Both the position numbers and the translations under genes were made by a program. From Moniliella sp. 'wahieum' (lineage: Eukaryota): a stretch of DNA of 64,000 nucleotides. The DNA is taken from assembly GCA_003971905.1 (NCBI GenBank), contig RSEE01000069.1, positions 186,001-250,000 of the forward strand. The letters are read 5' to 3'. Of this stretch, positions 24,992 through 37,672 are shown in pieces (the first letter of the stretch is position 1; each line of letters begins with the position of its first letter). The notes beneath the pieces are model-generated. The model was not told the origin of the DNA, ran no database searches, and saw only the letters and a program-made list of their open reading frames with translations.

Positions 24992-26781
24992 ATGGTAAAA
25001 CCGGTGAAGTATCAGATGCTGGCGGTCATGTGGGTGGCTGCCCTGGCCGTGCGTCTGCTCAATGCCGCAACCGTCACCACCTACTTCGTCCCGGACGAAC
25101 ACTGGCAGGCCCAGGAGGTCGCCTACTCGCTCGTCTTTGGTGTAGGTACCGCACATGGGAATGGATTCCAGCGTCCCACTGCACTCCCTTCCTGGCCATT
25201 CGTCTTGGGCCGAGGCGGTACGCGCTGGGCCTCTACGCAGCCTGCTCCCAGCCCTGCTCTATGTGCCTGCCTACTGGTTCATCCGCGTCCTCGGCATCAC
25301 TTCCCCCTGGCTCGTAGGCGTCGCGCCTAGAGCCACGCAAGCTCTTATTGCCTCTGTAGGAGTGTTTGCAGCGGCTATTGCAACGGCTGCCGTCCCAGGA
25401 TCTGGAATGGCGGCTTTCGTTCTGTGCCTTTTGTCTCCTGGCTTTGGTTCACCTCGACGCGCACGCTGGCCAACTCGACCGAGGCAGTGCTCCTATTGGC
25501 ATCCCTTATTTTTGGCCCCTGGACCTATCCAGGCGTAGGAAGAGGGAGAAGGCAATGGTTGCCCTGCTGATCGCAAGTTTTGCCCTCCTCGTTCGACCTT
25601 CCACCGGGGTGATCTTTGCTTATTTGGGTGTGCGTACTCTCTTCTCTGCTGGCGGGATCCGGAGCACGTTGAGGTTCCTCCTGATTAGTGCTACTATGGT
25701 TAGCACAGTGGTTGGTGTCAGTGTGCTAGTGGATTCCTATTCCACTCGGAACCAGCCGTGCCCATGTTGGCCTTTGGGGCACGCAATTTGCTCCAAGGGC
25801 TGGCGACCTTCACGGCACCGCTCCGTGGCACTTTTACCTCACTCAGGCTCTTCCACTTTTAGGTGGAGCCAGCTTGTTGCCTGCCTTACAAGGAGGAGTC
25901 AAGGCGCTGCGGGAGAAAATGTACGCACCCCCCCACCCCGGAGGTCAGGATCCTCTTCTCCTCCGGGTGGTGGCAGAGGTGGGGTTACTCTATCTTCTTC
26001 CACTCCATTTTGGGACATAAGGAGCACCGCTTTGTGCAACCAATTGCCTACTTCTCTCCCATCCTGGCCTCCTACCACATCGCCTTTAGTGGAAGGTGGC
26101 CAGCGCGTACAACACTTCATGACCTGGCGTCGATTCTCCCCCGTTCTGCGAGCAGCGCTCCCGCTTGCTTTTGTTGCCGGTATTTACCTGACCTCGGTTC
26201 ACCAGCGCGGGCAAGCCCTGGTGGTACACGATATTGCTTATCTAGCGCGGCAGGGAGGTGTGCATTCGGTTGGTTGGCTCATGCCTGCCACAGCACACCG
26301 TGGCATGCTTCGCTTCATACCCCCTCTCTGTACGATACGCATGTTGACGGGGAGCAAATGCGCAAAACCTGGTTCCTCACATGCTCCCCGCCCTCCTGCA
26401 CATCCGAAGGTACCAACCTGGCCTTTTCCTCTGAGGAGTACTTGGACCAAGCCGACCAATTTTACCTCGATCCTGCCGCGTGGTTACACAGCGCCATGGC
26501 TGACCACGTCGACCCCACCTTCCCTCCTGCCCCAGCTCATCTCTTCCGCTCTCAGCGGCAAAAGCAAGAACGCATTCCTTGGCCCAGTCCATTGTCTTAT
26601 TCAACGGCTTGCTTGCCTCGCCCCATGTCGAGCAAATTCTGCAGCAACAGGGGTACCACCCCATCTTATCCCGCTGGAACGCCCCCGTGACGGATGATTG
26701 GCGACGCTCTGGACGCCTGGAGATCTGGGCTTGGCAACCATGACGCGCAGAGTTTCTGTCTATACTGCTACCGCTGTATAG
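24992..26781 (+). CDS. GPI10: GPI mannosyltransferase 3 (PIG-B, GT22), frameshifted; 3' end approximate
   Basis: TYFVPDEHWQAQEVAY, LLVRPS, HKEHRFVQP, SVHQRG, WLMP/CHSTPW, FLTCSPP, YLDQADQFY. Confidence 0.9.
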
Positions 26782-27130
26782 ATTGGATTATGTTGTTATT
26801 CCCCCTACTACTGCCCCAGCATGGACTGATGTGATGATTGCAGCTATAAACAAAGCTTTTTGGGTTCTTTTTTGCTCTTCTTCGATCGTCATGTGAATCG
26901 ATCTCTTAGGATATCCGTGGAGGAGTACGAGAATGATCGACAATGTTATTGTTACGCGTTAACCGTCAATGATGCAAAGTGTAACATGTACAACAGCAGC
27001 TAACACTTTCTAACTGAGAAAGTGGTCGTCTCCCTCTATCCACAATGATTATAATGACGAAGAATTAAGGATTAACCGGCTTGAGGCTGAAACCTGTGAG
27101 AGGCGCGCTGTCGCGGGACTGTGCTTGAGT

Positions 27131-27198
27131 CTTGAAGCTTGAAGCTTGAAGCTTGAAGTTTGAAGCTTGAAGCTTGAAGCTTGAAGTTTGAAGCTTGA
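27131..27198. repeat. (CTTGAAG)n heptamer tandem, ~9 copies
   Basis: cttgaagcttgaagcttgaagcttgaagtttgaag... Confidence 0.95.
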
Positions 27199-28717
27199 CC
27201 ACAGAATGTGAGTACTGATCGATTATAGGCATACTATGGCTGCGCATTCTTTCCTATATCCCGTCCCTGAAGAACTGTAAAAGAGACGAAGCCATACATT
27301 ACTCAGTCAATGTATCAAGCGACCGAAAGCCGATCAAGAAAAATCAAGCGCTGCCCTGAATGCCATGTTTTTGCCTATACCACTGTTGGTAGTGCCTTAC
27401 AATCAGTCGTCGAAGATCATGATCTCCATGTTATCAATCAGCGGTGAATCACCGTTTCCTGCCGTACGGCCGGTGGTATTCCAGTTCAGCGATTTCATTG
27501 GTTGTATGGCGTTCTTAGTTTGTTGGGCTGCATGCAATGACCAGTATGTATCGCCATCACCACAACCATAATTAACTTCGTCCTCGGGATCGCGTAACGA
27601 GTACCTAGTAATGGGCACAGTGTGGCATGAAACATATGGCATGCCCCTCCCCGCGCGCAGAGAAGGAGTTACATATGCGGCTATACTCATCAGTACTCAG
27701 TACTCAGTGAGTAATACTCAGTACTCACTTCTATATAATACGTTACTTCTATATAGGTGAGTCCCTGACGCAGACGGGGGAGGAGGATTCATGCGCTCAA
27801 TATGTGCATCACATGCACATATTTCTCTTGGCCGGCACATGTTATCATGTCATCATGTCATTGATGTCATCCAGACTGATGCACATGATGATCGACCTGA
27901 TCACAATGTAATTATGCGCGCCCGTAACGCGTAACGAGGAATCTCCTCTTGATCTCGGGCGCCGTCGACAACAGTACTATATGAGCCATGATGCCTGTGA
28001 GGCCTGAGGCGAAACAAGGGCATGCATGGCACAGTAGAGATTCGTTTTCTTTTTTCTGTATACTAGTGAGTACGTTTAGTACTTATACTGTGGGACCATT
28101 AGAAACACGACTATGCTAGTATTAGCCAACACAAAGGGGAAATATATGGAAAGGAACTAACGAACATTGAATTCGGAGAAACATGCCACTGTAGCTGGTC
28201 AGGCAGAACCGACGGAGAGGGTCCGGCCTGGGATTTCCCGGACCCTCAGCTCAGTGATCAGTACTCAGTGTACTCAGTGGTCATTTCGGGAGAAAGGGTC
28301 AATTGACCCTTGCATGGCTTTTAACCTCTGTGGGCGCTGAAGCTTGACGCTCGAGGCCAGAATACTTGGATACATCCTGAAGGAGTCTCACTTGAAATCT
28401 CACCTGCAACCAATTATGATGATGAACATTGAACGTTGAACACGGTCATCTCATTATTCCCCAAAAGTCCCTCTCGAACTTGGATGGCCGCCACTTTGTT
28501 ATACGTAAACTATCTCGATAACCCTCAAGACAAGCCACAACTTATTCCCTTAGACCTCGCAGGCCTGAGCGCCTGAACAGGGGCCGTCTCGGGACCAGAG
28601 GGTCATGCATAATGCCAAATCACGATCGCCGGGGCCGTCGGGTATAATTATATGGCCACGACGCTGTCGCAGTGAAGAGAAAAGAACCGCTTTGAATCCA
28701 TATCTTTAACAGAGCGT

Positions 28718-31700
28718 AAGGCTGGACAGGGGAACGCTACGTCTAAACCGAACCGTTCATGGGGTTACTTGGAAGCGCCACCAAGGTTAAGGAACTAGAG
28801 GGATCGCCAGGATATATCAGGACCCTCCGGTGGTCGTATAACAACTATAAGAGGGTTTTGAACTGGAGCAGAACATAGTCTTCAATTTCACCACCATGCT
28901 CTTCGCTCTACTCGTCCCTCGTTCCTACATCTTGTTACCCTTTCATGATTAGCCCTCTCTTCTGCTACATTATAGAGGCTGCACGTCGGAAGAAGAGAGA
29001 TTGCTCTGTATGCCCACAGCGAAACGGAGATGTGCAACGACTTCGTTAGTAGTCTTCCTCTGATCGACTCTCTATCGATGCATCATTCAATTATCCGGTT
29101 GAAGCGTATTACAAATTCAAAAACACAACTCACACATTTTGCACACAATTAGTTGATGTACTACCGAGGTATAATTGTGACATGTCATGTTGGGGATGGC
29201 CAGGAGGAGAAAAGGAGCCAGACGCTGCGAAAGAGCGCTAGAGGTTTATAGGGGACGTGAAAAGATTAGTGGGGGTGTACCATGTAAGCCTTTGGATGGG
29301 CAATCGGAGCTACACAACGCGGGATATATGTGCTGCTTTTGCATATAGATGGTTGTAGTGAAGCAGAACTTTAGAGGCGTGTAAAAAAGGCAATAAGGGA
29401 GAAAAGGGTACGATTATATCACTCCTATGATAGTCTACATAGAGTTAGCGCCGGTGTATTTGGTCTTCAAGAGGCCACATATAGAAAAAACGCGCTGTCT
29501 CTTCCGTCGTGACGTTAGTACAGCTTTCAGGAACAGTAGTGCAGTGTATAGACTCTCGATGTGTTGGGGAAAAGAATGTGAATGGGCCTATAATATCAAT
29601 GGAAAAAGCACCAGATTAATTAGAATCGAATACAAGTGTCACAGTCGAGGCTAAGGCGAGACCAGAATCGGGACTAGGCCAAGGGGTGTAGCAATTGTTC
29701 GTGGGGAATGAGCAAGAGCAGGGACATGTGCAAATGGAGGAAACAGGGGAGGAGCGAGACGCTTGAGACGAAGAAATTGGAAATATGAGCGAGATCAGCG
29801 AAACTATGACAATAAAAGTTTGTCAAGACTGAGCACTGATACTGGAGTATAGATGAGCGTGCAGCCATGGCTCTGGATGCAAACCAATGAGCACAGCTGC
29901 AACAAGTCTGGTCTTAGGATATAACAGAGAGTGCGGGTTTTCGATGGTGGACAGCGGACGGAAGGGAGAGGGATTGTTGATGTCCGGATATCTTCGGCTG
30001 ACGCGGCAATAATGACGAATATTCATCAGGCCTCGAGCACGATCGTAACGGACACCTTTAATGATCCTGGATACCCAGGGATGTTCGAAGTGCAGTCATG
30101 CAGTGGTAGAGAGAGAAGACAGGAGCTGATGGGTTGAACCCAGGATGAGGATCAAACGGAGAAGGAAAAGAAGGAGAAGAAGGAGAAGAAGGAAGAGTGC
30201 CACAAACTACAGGTTGGGGATACTGGCGTAGTGCCCGGATGCGTAAGAGGGTTAGGGTGACCTCGGAGGTGGCTGGCCCTTAGGACCCTAGTTAACCACC
30301 TCTCGTCTCCACTCGGGCACGCACTACACACTTTATGTAAAGTGGAGAGACTTTATGAAGAGGGAGTGTGTTCAAAAGACATCCAGACCCAACTTCAGCT
30401 TCATGACGCTGAAGCATTATAAGGAGGGCCATATTAGTTTGGTCGATCTCGCTCCCATTTCGAAATTCTTCGTCCCGAGCGTCTCACTCTTTAGTTCTTC
30501 AGCTTCACATCGTGCCCTATGCTCTTGCTTCTTCCCCGCCAATGATTGCTACATTCCTAACTTAGTCTCGATTCTGGCCTCCCTCACCGGTCACCTTCAT
30601 AGCCCTGCGACTGTGACAATATTACGCATCTTTCACATGGAAGTGTGGTGGACCCGTAGCCACTAGCGAAAGCATACACCACCTCTCTGTTGGTTCCCAC
30701 TGCATCCCCACATCCACCACAGGACTCTCAATGCGCGAGACGTTGGTTCGGCCAGTCGGAAGCAAAGGTGGGGGGCAGCGAACATACGAGCATTGAAGTG
30801 GGCCAATTAAGAGTTGATTCGCTATAGAAATTTGATCTTCTCGTTGCTATACACTTCTCTCTCTTTGGTACAATTGGGAGGGATGGATAGAGGGCCGTAG
30901 TGTGATCCGTATTCCCTCACTCTACCATTAGTTGTGCTCCACAGCCCACCGTTCCCTTCTTACCACTGTGCACAGCGTGCTATACGCTTGTTTTCAGTCA
31001 CATGCATCCCATTCCTCCCTGCGTCCCGTCGTTACTTTCCGTCGTTATTGGTAAATATTGCACATCCCCTTGCTTCCCTGGAAGTCGACGTGAGGCAAGA
31101 ACCCAAGTGGAGCAGCGAGCAACAGGTGATGTGCGGGGGAGAAAACCAACTTGAGTCAACTTTCCCCCAGACTCCCCTCCCACCCTCGCTGGGAGTGTAC
31201 AAAAGCAACGGATGTGGGTATGTGTGAAGAACGGGCGGGCAAAACAATCCATGTTACCAGTGTTGAACGTGGATGTGATGGAAGTTGATGAGCGCGATGA
31301 AATGATCGTTCCCAAGGTTTGATGCTAAGCCGATATGGATTGGATGAGACTTGCCCCTCTGCGACAAAGGTCTTCGTTATAATCCTGGCCTCATGCCTCA
31401 TGGTTGTTTCTTTTTGTGAAGTCAACAGCCAACGTTCAAAATGTTTTCATGAAATGCTCTGCGGCTAATATACATTAAAAGTTTTTGCGCATTGGAAGGA
31501 GTTGGCTACTAAGTCTCAGTGGAAATGGTTCCTCGCTCGGATGTCAACCACGTTCCTCCGTGTCCATACGCGCTTCCTAGGGTACGGGACCGGATGGCAT
31601 GAGCCGGAGGGTCCTGATATCCTGGCGATCCCCCTGGTTCCTTGACCCTGGTGGCGCCCCTAAGTAACCCCCGCAAGATGAACGGTTAGGTTTAGACGTA

Positions 31701-31722
31701 GCGTTCCCCCTGTCCCAGCCTT
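28718..31722. mobile_element. Degenerate foldback / TIR-type element relic (~3 kb)
   Basis: Outer inverted arms 28718-28830 and 31604-31722. Inner inverted arms ~29636-29810 and ~30434-30620. No transposase recognised. Confidence 0.6.
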
Positions 31723-33420
31723 CTTAAGTCTGCCAATGAAATGGAAGTCATTAAGGGAACCGCTTTCGGATCGGTTTCCATTTGACGTGGCACCTCTGTT
31801 GGGTTGAACGCGTTGAACACTAATAACAGCTTACAGAAGATTACACTCGGCCTTACAAGCGTCGAAAGCTAAGCTTTTCTAGCTTCTGCTATAAGCTTTC
31901 AGCTTCTATACTTTGGATGCTATACTAAACACTACCTTGTTTAACGTTGATCGGCCTTTCTTGGTAACACACCTATGTCTTGACCCTGTTGGTTCGCTAC
32001 ATCACGCATCGTATACAACACCTGCTATTGTCTCTTCTTAAATCATCGATTATCGACTGAATCAGGAAGGGTTTACTTGAACGGATTGCCGGATGCGGTA
32101 TTTAAGCTTCTAGTTACCGGTAACCGGCAACCCCGGCCGTAATCAGGTAGTTACTCGTTTTTAGTAGTTACTAGTTACAGGCCATAGTCTTCGTTGTAAG
32201 AGTATCTTGTTTTCTTCTATGCACGATTCACACGGTTGTTACTGGTTAATATAAAGTAGACCTAGTGGGCTGCATATATAGTTGAGAGGAGCGTATTAGT
32301 GGATGGCCAGTTCAGCGAGTCTGACGTCCAGGCCTGAGCATTCGGCCTCTCAGGCCTTCTTGCCTTTCTCAGTTTAGGGAGTTGAGTGGTTACGCTAGTT
32401 GCAGAAACACGTACGATGGGGGAAGGGGGTATGTAGAATGAGATCTGAGAGAGGATTGCATTATGGGGAGAGCGACAACAGAAGAATGTTGTAACAAAAA
32501 AAAGCTATATACACCCCTCCCCCGTATAAGCGACTATTAGTAAGATTGGAAAATACAAGCACTTGTAGAGGAGAGAGAGAAGACGCTCACGAGGGAAAGC
32601 ATGCCTACCTATTGCTATCATGATAAAAGGGGCCGTCTCTTCCGATCGACGTCGAAGATATCGAGAAGGGAATGGCCTGGACAGGCAGGTGCCATAATGG
32701 GGTACAGTGTCATATACATGCCTCTCGTCATGCACGTCATGCGTGATGCGTAACTCCATGGCCGCCTTTTTGTCTGTGGCGTGCAGACGTTAGAAGGTCT
32801 GATCGCGGTTCCGACGGGCATATAGTTCGACCTTTGCGGGGCCTTGTGTTTCCACGGGCCATATCCCTTTGCGGTGTTGAACGTGTTGAACGCTGAATGT
32901 ACGTTGAACGTTGTACGTCTTCGAAGCTTGAAGCTTGGAGTGAGTAAGTACGTACATGGTAAGGATACGAGTTGCCACGGATGTAGGCTCAGCGCTCAGG
33001 CTGAGCGCTCATCCTAGCATGTATTACTTTTGATCAGTGAACAGGGATGGTCATCGGTCATCTCTGCGTAGCGTAGCGTATTTGTAGTGTGTAGTGGCAC
33101 GTCACGCGTCAATACTCCAGGCAATTGATGATGTATGATGCATGATAATCTACTCGTTCTGGAAGCTCTCTGGGGGTGGCGTTTGATTGCGGTGGTGGTG
33201 AGTGCTGGGGAGGTGCAGGCCAAGCGCAGAACTGAGATGGGATGGTCGACGGTCGATAGGACGGGAGGCATGTGCGTGTGCCAGTTAGGAATGTGTGCCT
33301 GATGGCATAACGGAAAAGGGCGGTGCGTTTTCTTGTATAAAAGAGGTGGGCGGCCGGAAGAGGAGGGCACAGAGGACTCGCGGTGCGTTATACATTAAGC
33401 CGTCTCCTGCCGACCTGAGG

Positions 33421-33468
33421 CTTGAAGGCTTGAAGCTTGAAGCTTGAAGCTTGAAGCTTGAAGCTTGA
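33421..33468. repeat. (CTTGAAG)n heptamer tandem, ~6 copies
   Basis: Same unit and orientation as the array at 27131. Confidence 0.95.
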
Positions 33469-35117
33469 GCGGCCGCTGGATCGAGGTGCTGTGGAGGGGG
33501 CTGCGCCTGGCCCCGGTGGCGAGGCAAAAGCTACCGTGATGTGTGACGTAACCTTTGACATGTGACATCTGAGATCTGAGATCTGACATGGGACATGGGA
33601 CATGGAAGCTGTGAGCGGCATTTGAATTCCATGCATGAGCATGGTCATGAGCGCCATGAGCGCATGAGCGCTGAGCCTCAGCCCTTCGGCCGGACGAAGC
33701 TTAAGCAGCGGAAGCAGGAAGCTTGAATCTCTGAATCTTCAAAGCGCCAGGCACTCCGCCTGAGGCTCGTACTTGGCAGTGCTTTGGCACTGAGCCTCAG
33801 CGCACACGCCGAGTGCGCAACTGAACTGAACGTTCAGTACGTTCACGACGCGGCATGCCATCGCCCATCCAGGAAGCTTTGGCGCCTCCCAAGTAGGACA
33901 TCTGCCGCTGTACGTATGGTGTGTCGCACGTGCCGGCTGACGTTTGTTTGTTTAGTGGCTGAGCGCCACCCCCATCGACCCCATCGTCCATCCATCCCAC
34001 ACCACACCTGAGCCTCAGGCTGAGCGCAGCTTCAAGCAGAAGCACAGGTACTGAGTACTCCGTCCAGCGGCCGAGCACGATGTGCTGGACGCAAGGGCAG
34101 GGCATGGCCCTGCAGGGCCTTGGCAGGGCAGCCCAACTGATATTGAATTTGACGCTGCACCAGCGCTATCGATTATCGGCCACCGGCCACCACATGATGG
34201 CGACGGCGGGTGCCCTGGTGCCCAGTACGCACAGTACTACACCAGCGTGCGCCAGTGGCGGCGGGCTGGTGGCCACCCGGTGGCGGTGTTCCAGCAGTGA
34301 CGCGTGACGCATGATGGGTGACTAGTGATGCATGATGTAATGCATGATGGTGCTCAGGTGGCCGGTGGGGCCGCACCAGCAGGCACTGGGTGGCGAGGCG
34401 GGGAAGCGCAGTAGGCGCCGGGGGCGGTGGGCGAAATGTGAGATCTGAGAAGATGTAAACAGGTCCGAGACAGCTCAGGGCCCATCGCCGGCAGGCGATC
34501 GACACAGAAAACCGTCGGATGATCGATGAGGGGCACGTTGGGCTGCTGTGGGGCTGATGCACTGATGGGGCTGATGCGCTGATGAGGCTGATGGGTCAGG
34601 CGCTTCGTACATACTCATCAACACACCCTCTCGCACTGTAGTCTCGCCCACCCCAGCCAGTCTGCACCCGCAGTCCAGACCTGTTGCGCACTGCACCATC
34701 TGTACCCTGCTTCTCGACCAGACGACGACATCTCACACATTTGGTGTGCAGCATTCGCCATGCGAGACAGCTCAGCGGTGAGCCCACCCATTTGCTCACC
34801 CTTCACCCTCTCAACCCAATGGCCAACGTTCGACGCATCAACGTACGGTTCAACGACTCTTCTCTCTCCATCAAGCTCAAGCTTCGTCAACGCAACACCA
34901 GCCCCGAAACCTTCTCTATTTCCTTGCCCCCCCCCCCCCCCACCCACTTCTCCCATCAGATCTCAGAGCGCGACACCAGGCAAAGGCGCGCTGGTTGGGC
35001 CTATCCCTCCGGTATACATCAGGTGAGGCGGTCGAGCGGTGGGCCACCTGGTCGTTCCGATGCACCAAAGCATGTGTAGACCCTGCGGCCTGAAGAGTCT
35101 GCCTCAAGCTCCAAACC

Positions 35118-37672
35118 TGTTGACTGTGATCCTCTGGCTCCCAGTCGGTAGACCAGGTTCGCCTCGGTTCCATCGGCTTCCACGCTGACGTCCCTGCGTG
35201 TCACTGTCCCTGTGCCCTGCACTCTCTCCTGTGTGACTCACTGTCCCTGTGCCTAGTCCAGCCTCCTATATAGATGCCTCGTACCCAGACCCAACTCTGG
35301 CTCCAATCCATCACCTTCTCCTCATCCTTCTGCCCGTCCGGCTCCCTAGGCCAACAGAGTTACAATCTGATCCCCCCGGAAGGGGAGCGCTCTTCAAGCA
35401 AGCCCACCCCCAAGCCTACAAGCCCAAGCTAAGCCGCCAAGCCCACAAGACACACCCGTCCTCCCGCCCAACAACACCACCGCCACAATCGGCACCTTAC
35501 CGCCACAATCGGCATACTACCGCCACAATCGGCATACTACCGCCACAATCGGCACACTCGTCCCCACAGATGGGGCAATGATTTTTAGGGACAACACACG
35601 ACGGAACAAAACGTGTAGGGTATCGTCAACGAGACGAAATTCCTCCAACGACAAAACGGCGCAGGCGAATCGCAGAAAGCGGGGGTGGCTGCTCATCAAG
35701 TGCCCCACCCACGGCTACACGCCCCGGATTGCCAATTCATCCGGGGCACCTGGGGAAAGGATGGGGGGGGGTGGTCACCCAACTTCTTCCACTCCTCTTT
35801 TTCACACAACAAAGAGAACCCAAACAGATCAAGACGGTTGACGCATAGCGCCCGTTCATTTCCCATGCCCAATGGACCCCACTGGCACCAGGCATGGAAC
35901 CAAACAACTACCAAACGCATCCAATTTTGATGCCAAACGACCTTGGACCGCATTTACTCCAAGTTTCCAATTTTCTTTCACTACACCTATAACTGGTGCT
36001 TTTTACTTTTGCCCACCAAATCGCTTCGGGGCGCAACCCCTACTACTTTTACTTCTAAGACTTCTACAAGCATCTGGCGGTCGCACAATACACCAACCAC
36101 AAGCGCTCGGCTCGTTCAGGTGTCATCCTGGACAGCGGGGGTGTAGGCCAGTCGTGTGGCCATGCACAACTCCAGGCCATTCGTCCCGGTTGCCACTCAA
36201 GTCCTCCCCTCTCTACATCCACTGGCAGGAGCTCATCCCACAACCGATGTCTCCGGGTTCCCTGGCCAGCGGGGGTGTTGACTGTGATCCTCTGGCTCCC
36301 AGTCGGTAGACCAGGTTCGCCTCGGTTCCATCGGCTTCCACGCTGACGTCCCTGCGTGTCACTGTCCCTGTGCCCTGCACTCTCTCCTGTGTGACTCACT
36401 GTCCCTGTGCCTAGTCCAGCCTCCTATATAGATGCCTCTGTACCCAGACCCAACTCTGGCTCCAATCCATCACCTTCTCCTCATCCTTCTGCCCGTCCGG
36501 CTCCCTAGGCCAACAGAGCTACAATCTGATCCCCCCGGAAGGGGAGCGCTCTTCAAGCAAGCCCACCCCCAAGCCTACAAGCCCAAGCTAAGCCGCCAAG
36601 CCCACAAGACACACCCCGTCCTCCCCCCAACAACACCACCGCCACAATCGGCACCTTACCGCCACAATCGGCATACTACCGCCACAATCGGCATACTACC
36701 GCCCAATCGGCACACTCGTCCCCCACAGATGGGGCAATGATTTTTAGGGACAACACACGACGGAACAAAACGTGTCGGGTATCGTCAACGAGACGAAATT
36801 CCTCCAACGACAAAACGGCGCAGGCGAATCGCAGAAAGCGGGGGTGGCTGCTCATCAAGTGCCCCACCCACGGCTACACGCCCGGATTGCCAATTCATCC
36901 GGGGCACCTGGGGAAAGGATGGGGGGGGTGGTCACCCAAACTTCTTCCACTCCTCTTTTCAACAACAAAGAGAACCCAAACAGATCAAGACGGTTGACGC
37001 ATAGCGCCCGTTCATTTCCCATGCCCAATGGACCCCACTGGCACCAGGCATGCGGAACCAAACAACTACCAAACGCATCCAATTTTGATGCCAAACGACC
37101 TTGGACCGCATTTACTCCAAGTTTCCAATTTTCTTTCACTACACCTATAACTGGTGCTTTTTACTTTTGCCCACCAAATCGCTTCGGGGCGCAACCCCTA
37201 CTACTTTTACTTCTAAGACTTCTACAAGCATCTGGCGGTCGCACAATACACCAACCACAAGCGCTCGGCTCGTTCAGGTGTCATCCTGGACAGCGGGGGT
37301 GTAGGCCAGTCGTGTGGCCATGCACAACTCCAGGCCATTCGTCCCGGTTGCCACTCAAGTCCTCCCCTCTCTACATCCACTGGCAGGAGCTCATCCCACA
37401 ACCGATGTCTCCGGGTTCCCTGGCCAGCGGGGTGTTGACTGTGATCCTCTGGCTCCCAGTCGGTAGACCAGGTTCGCCTCGGTTCCATCGGCTTCCACGC
37501 TGACGTCCCTGCGTGTCACTGTCCCTGTGCCCTGCACTCTCTCCTGTGTGACTCACTGTCCCTGTGCCTAGTCCAGCCTCCTATATAGATGCCTCTGTAC
37601 CCAGACCCAACTCTGGCTCCAATCCATCACCTTCTCCTCATCCTTCTGCCCGTCCGGCTCCCTAGGCCAACA
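35118..37672 (+). mobile_element. Non-autonomous LTR retroelement (TRIM-like) as tandem LTR-I-LTR-I-LTR
   Basis: Three near-identical 239-240 bp LTRs (35118-35356, 36276-36515, 37433-37672), each TGTTG...CAACA with an internal TATATA. Two ~918 bp internal regions end in a G-run before the next LTR. 5-bp TSD AAACC at 35113-35117 and 37673-37677. Confidence 0.92.
35479..35558. repeat. 20-bp minisatellite (ACCGCCACAATCGGCATACT) x4 inside the retroelement; second copy ~36638-36717
   Basis: Read directly in both internal regions. Confidence 0.9.

Noticed and set aside
35479..35558. CRISPR-like array
   Set aside because: Head-to-tail 20-bp units with no spacers, in a eukaryotic context.
35249..37556. 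ORFs within the tandem element as gag/pol, or the repeat as rDNA/5S
   Set aside because: No RT, integrase, protease or clear zinc-knuckle motif, the frames differ between copies, and no rRNA-like sequence was recognised.
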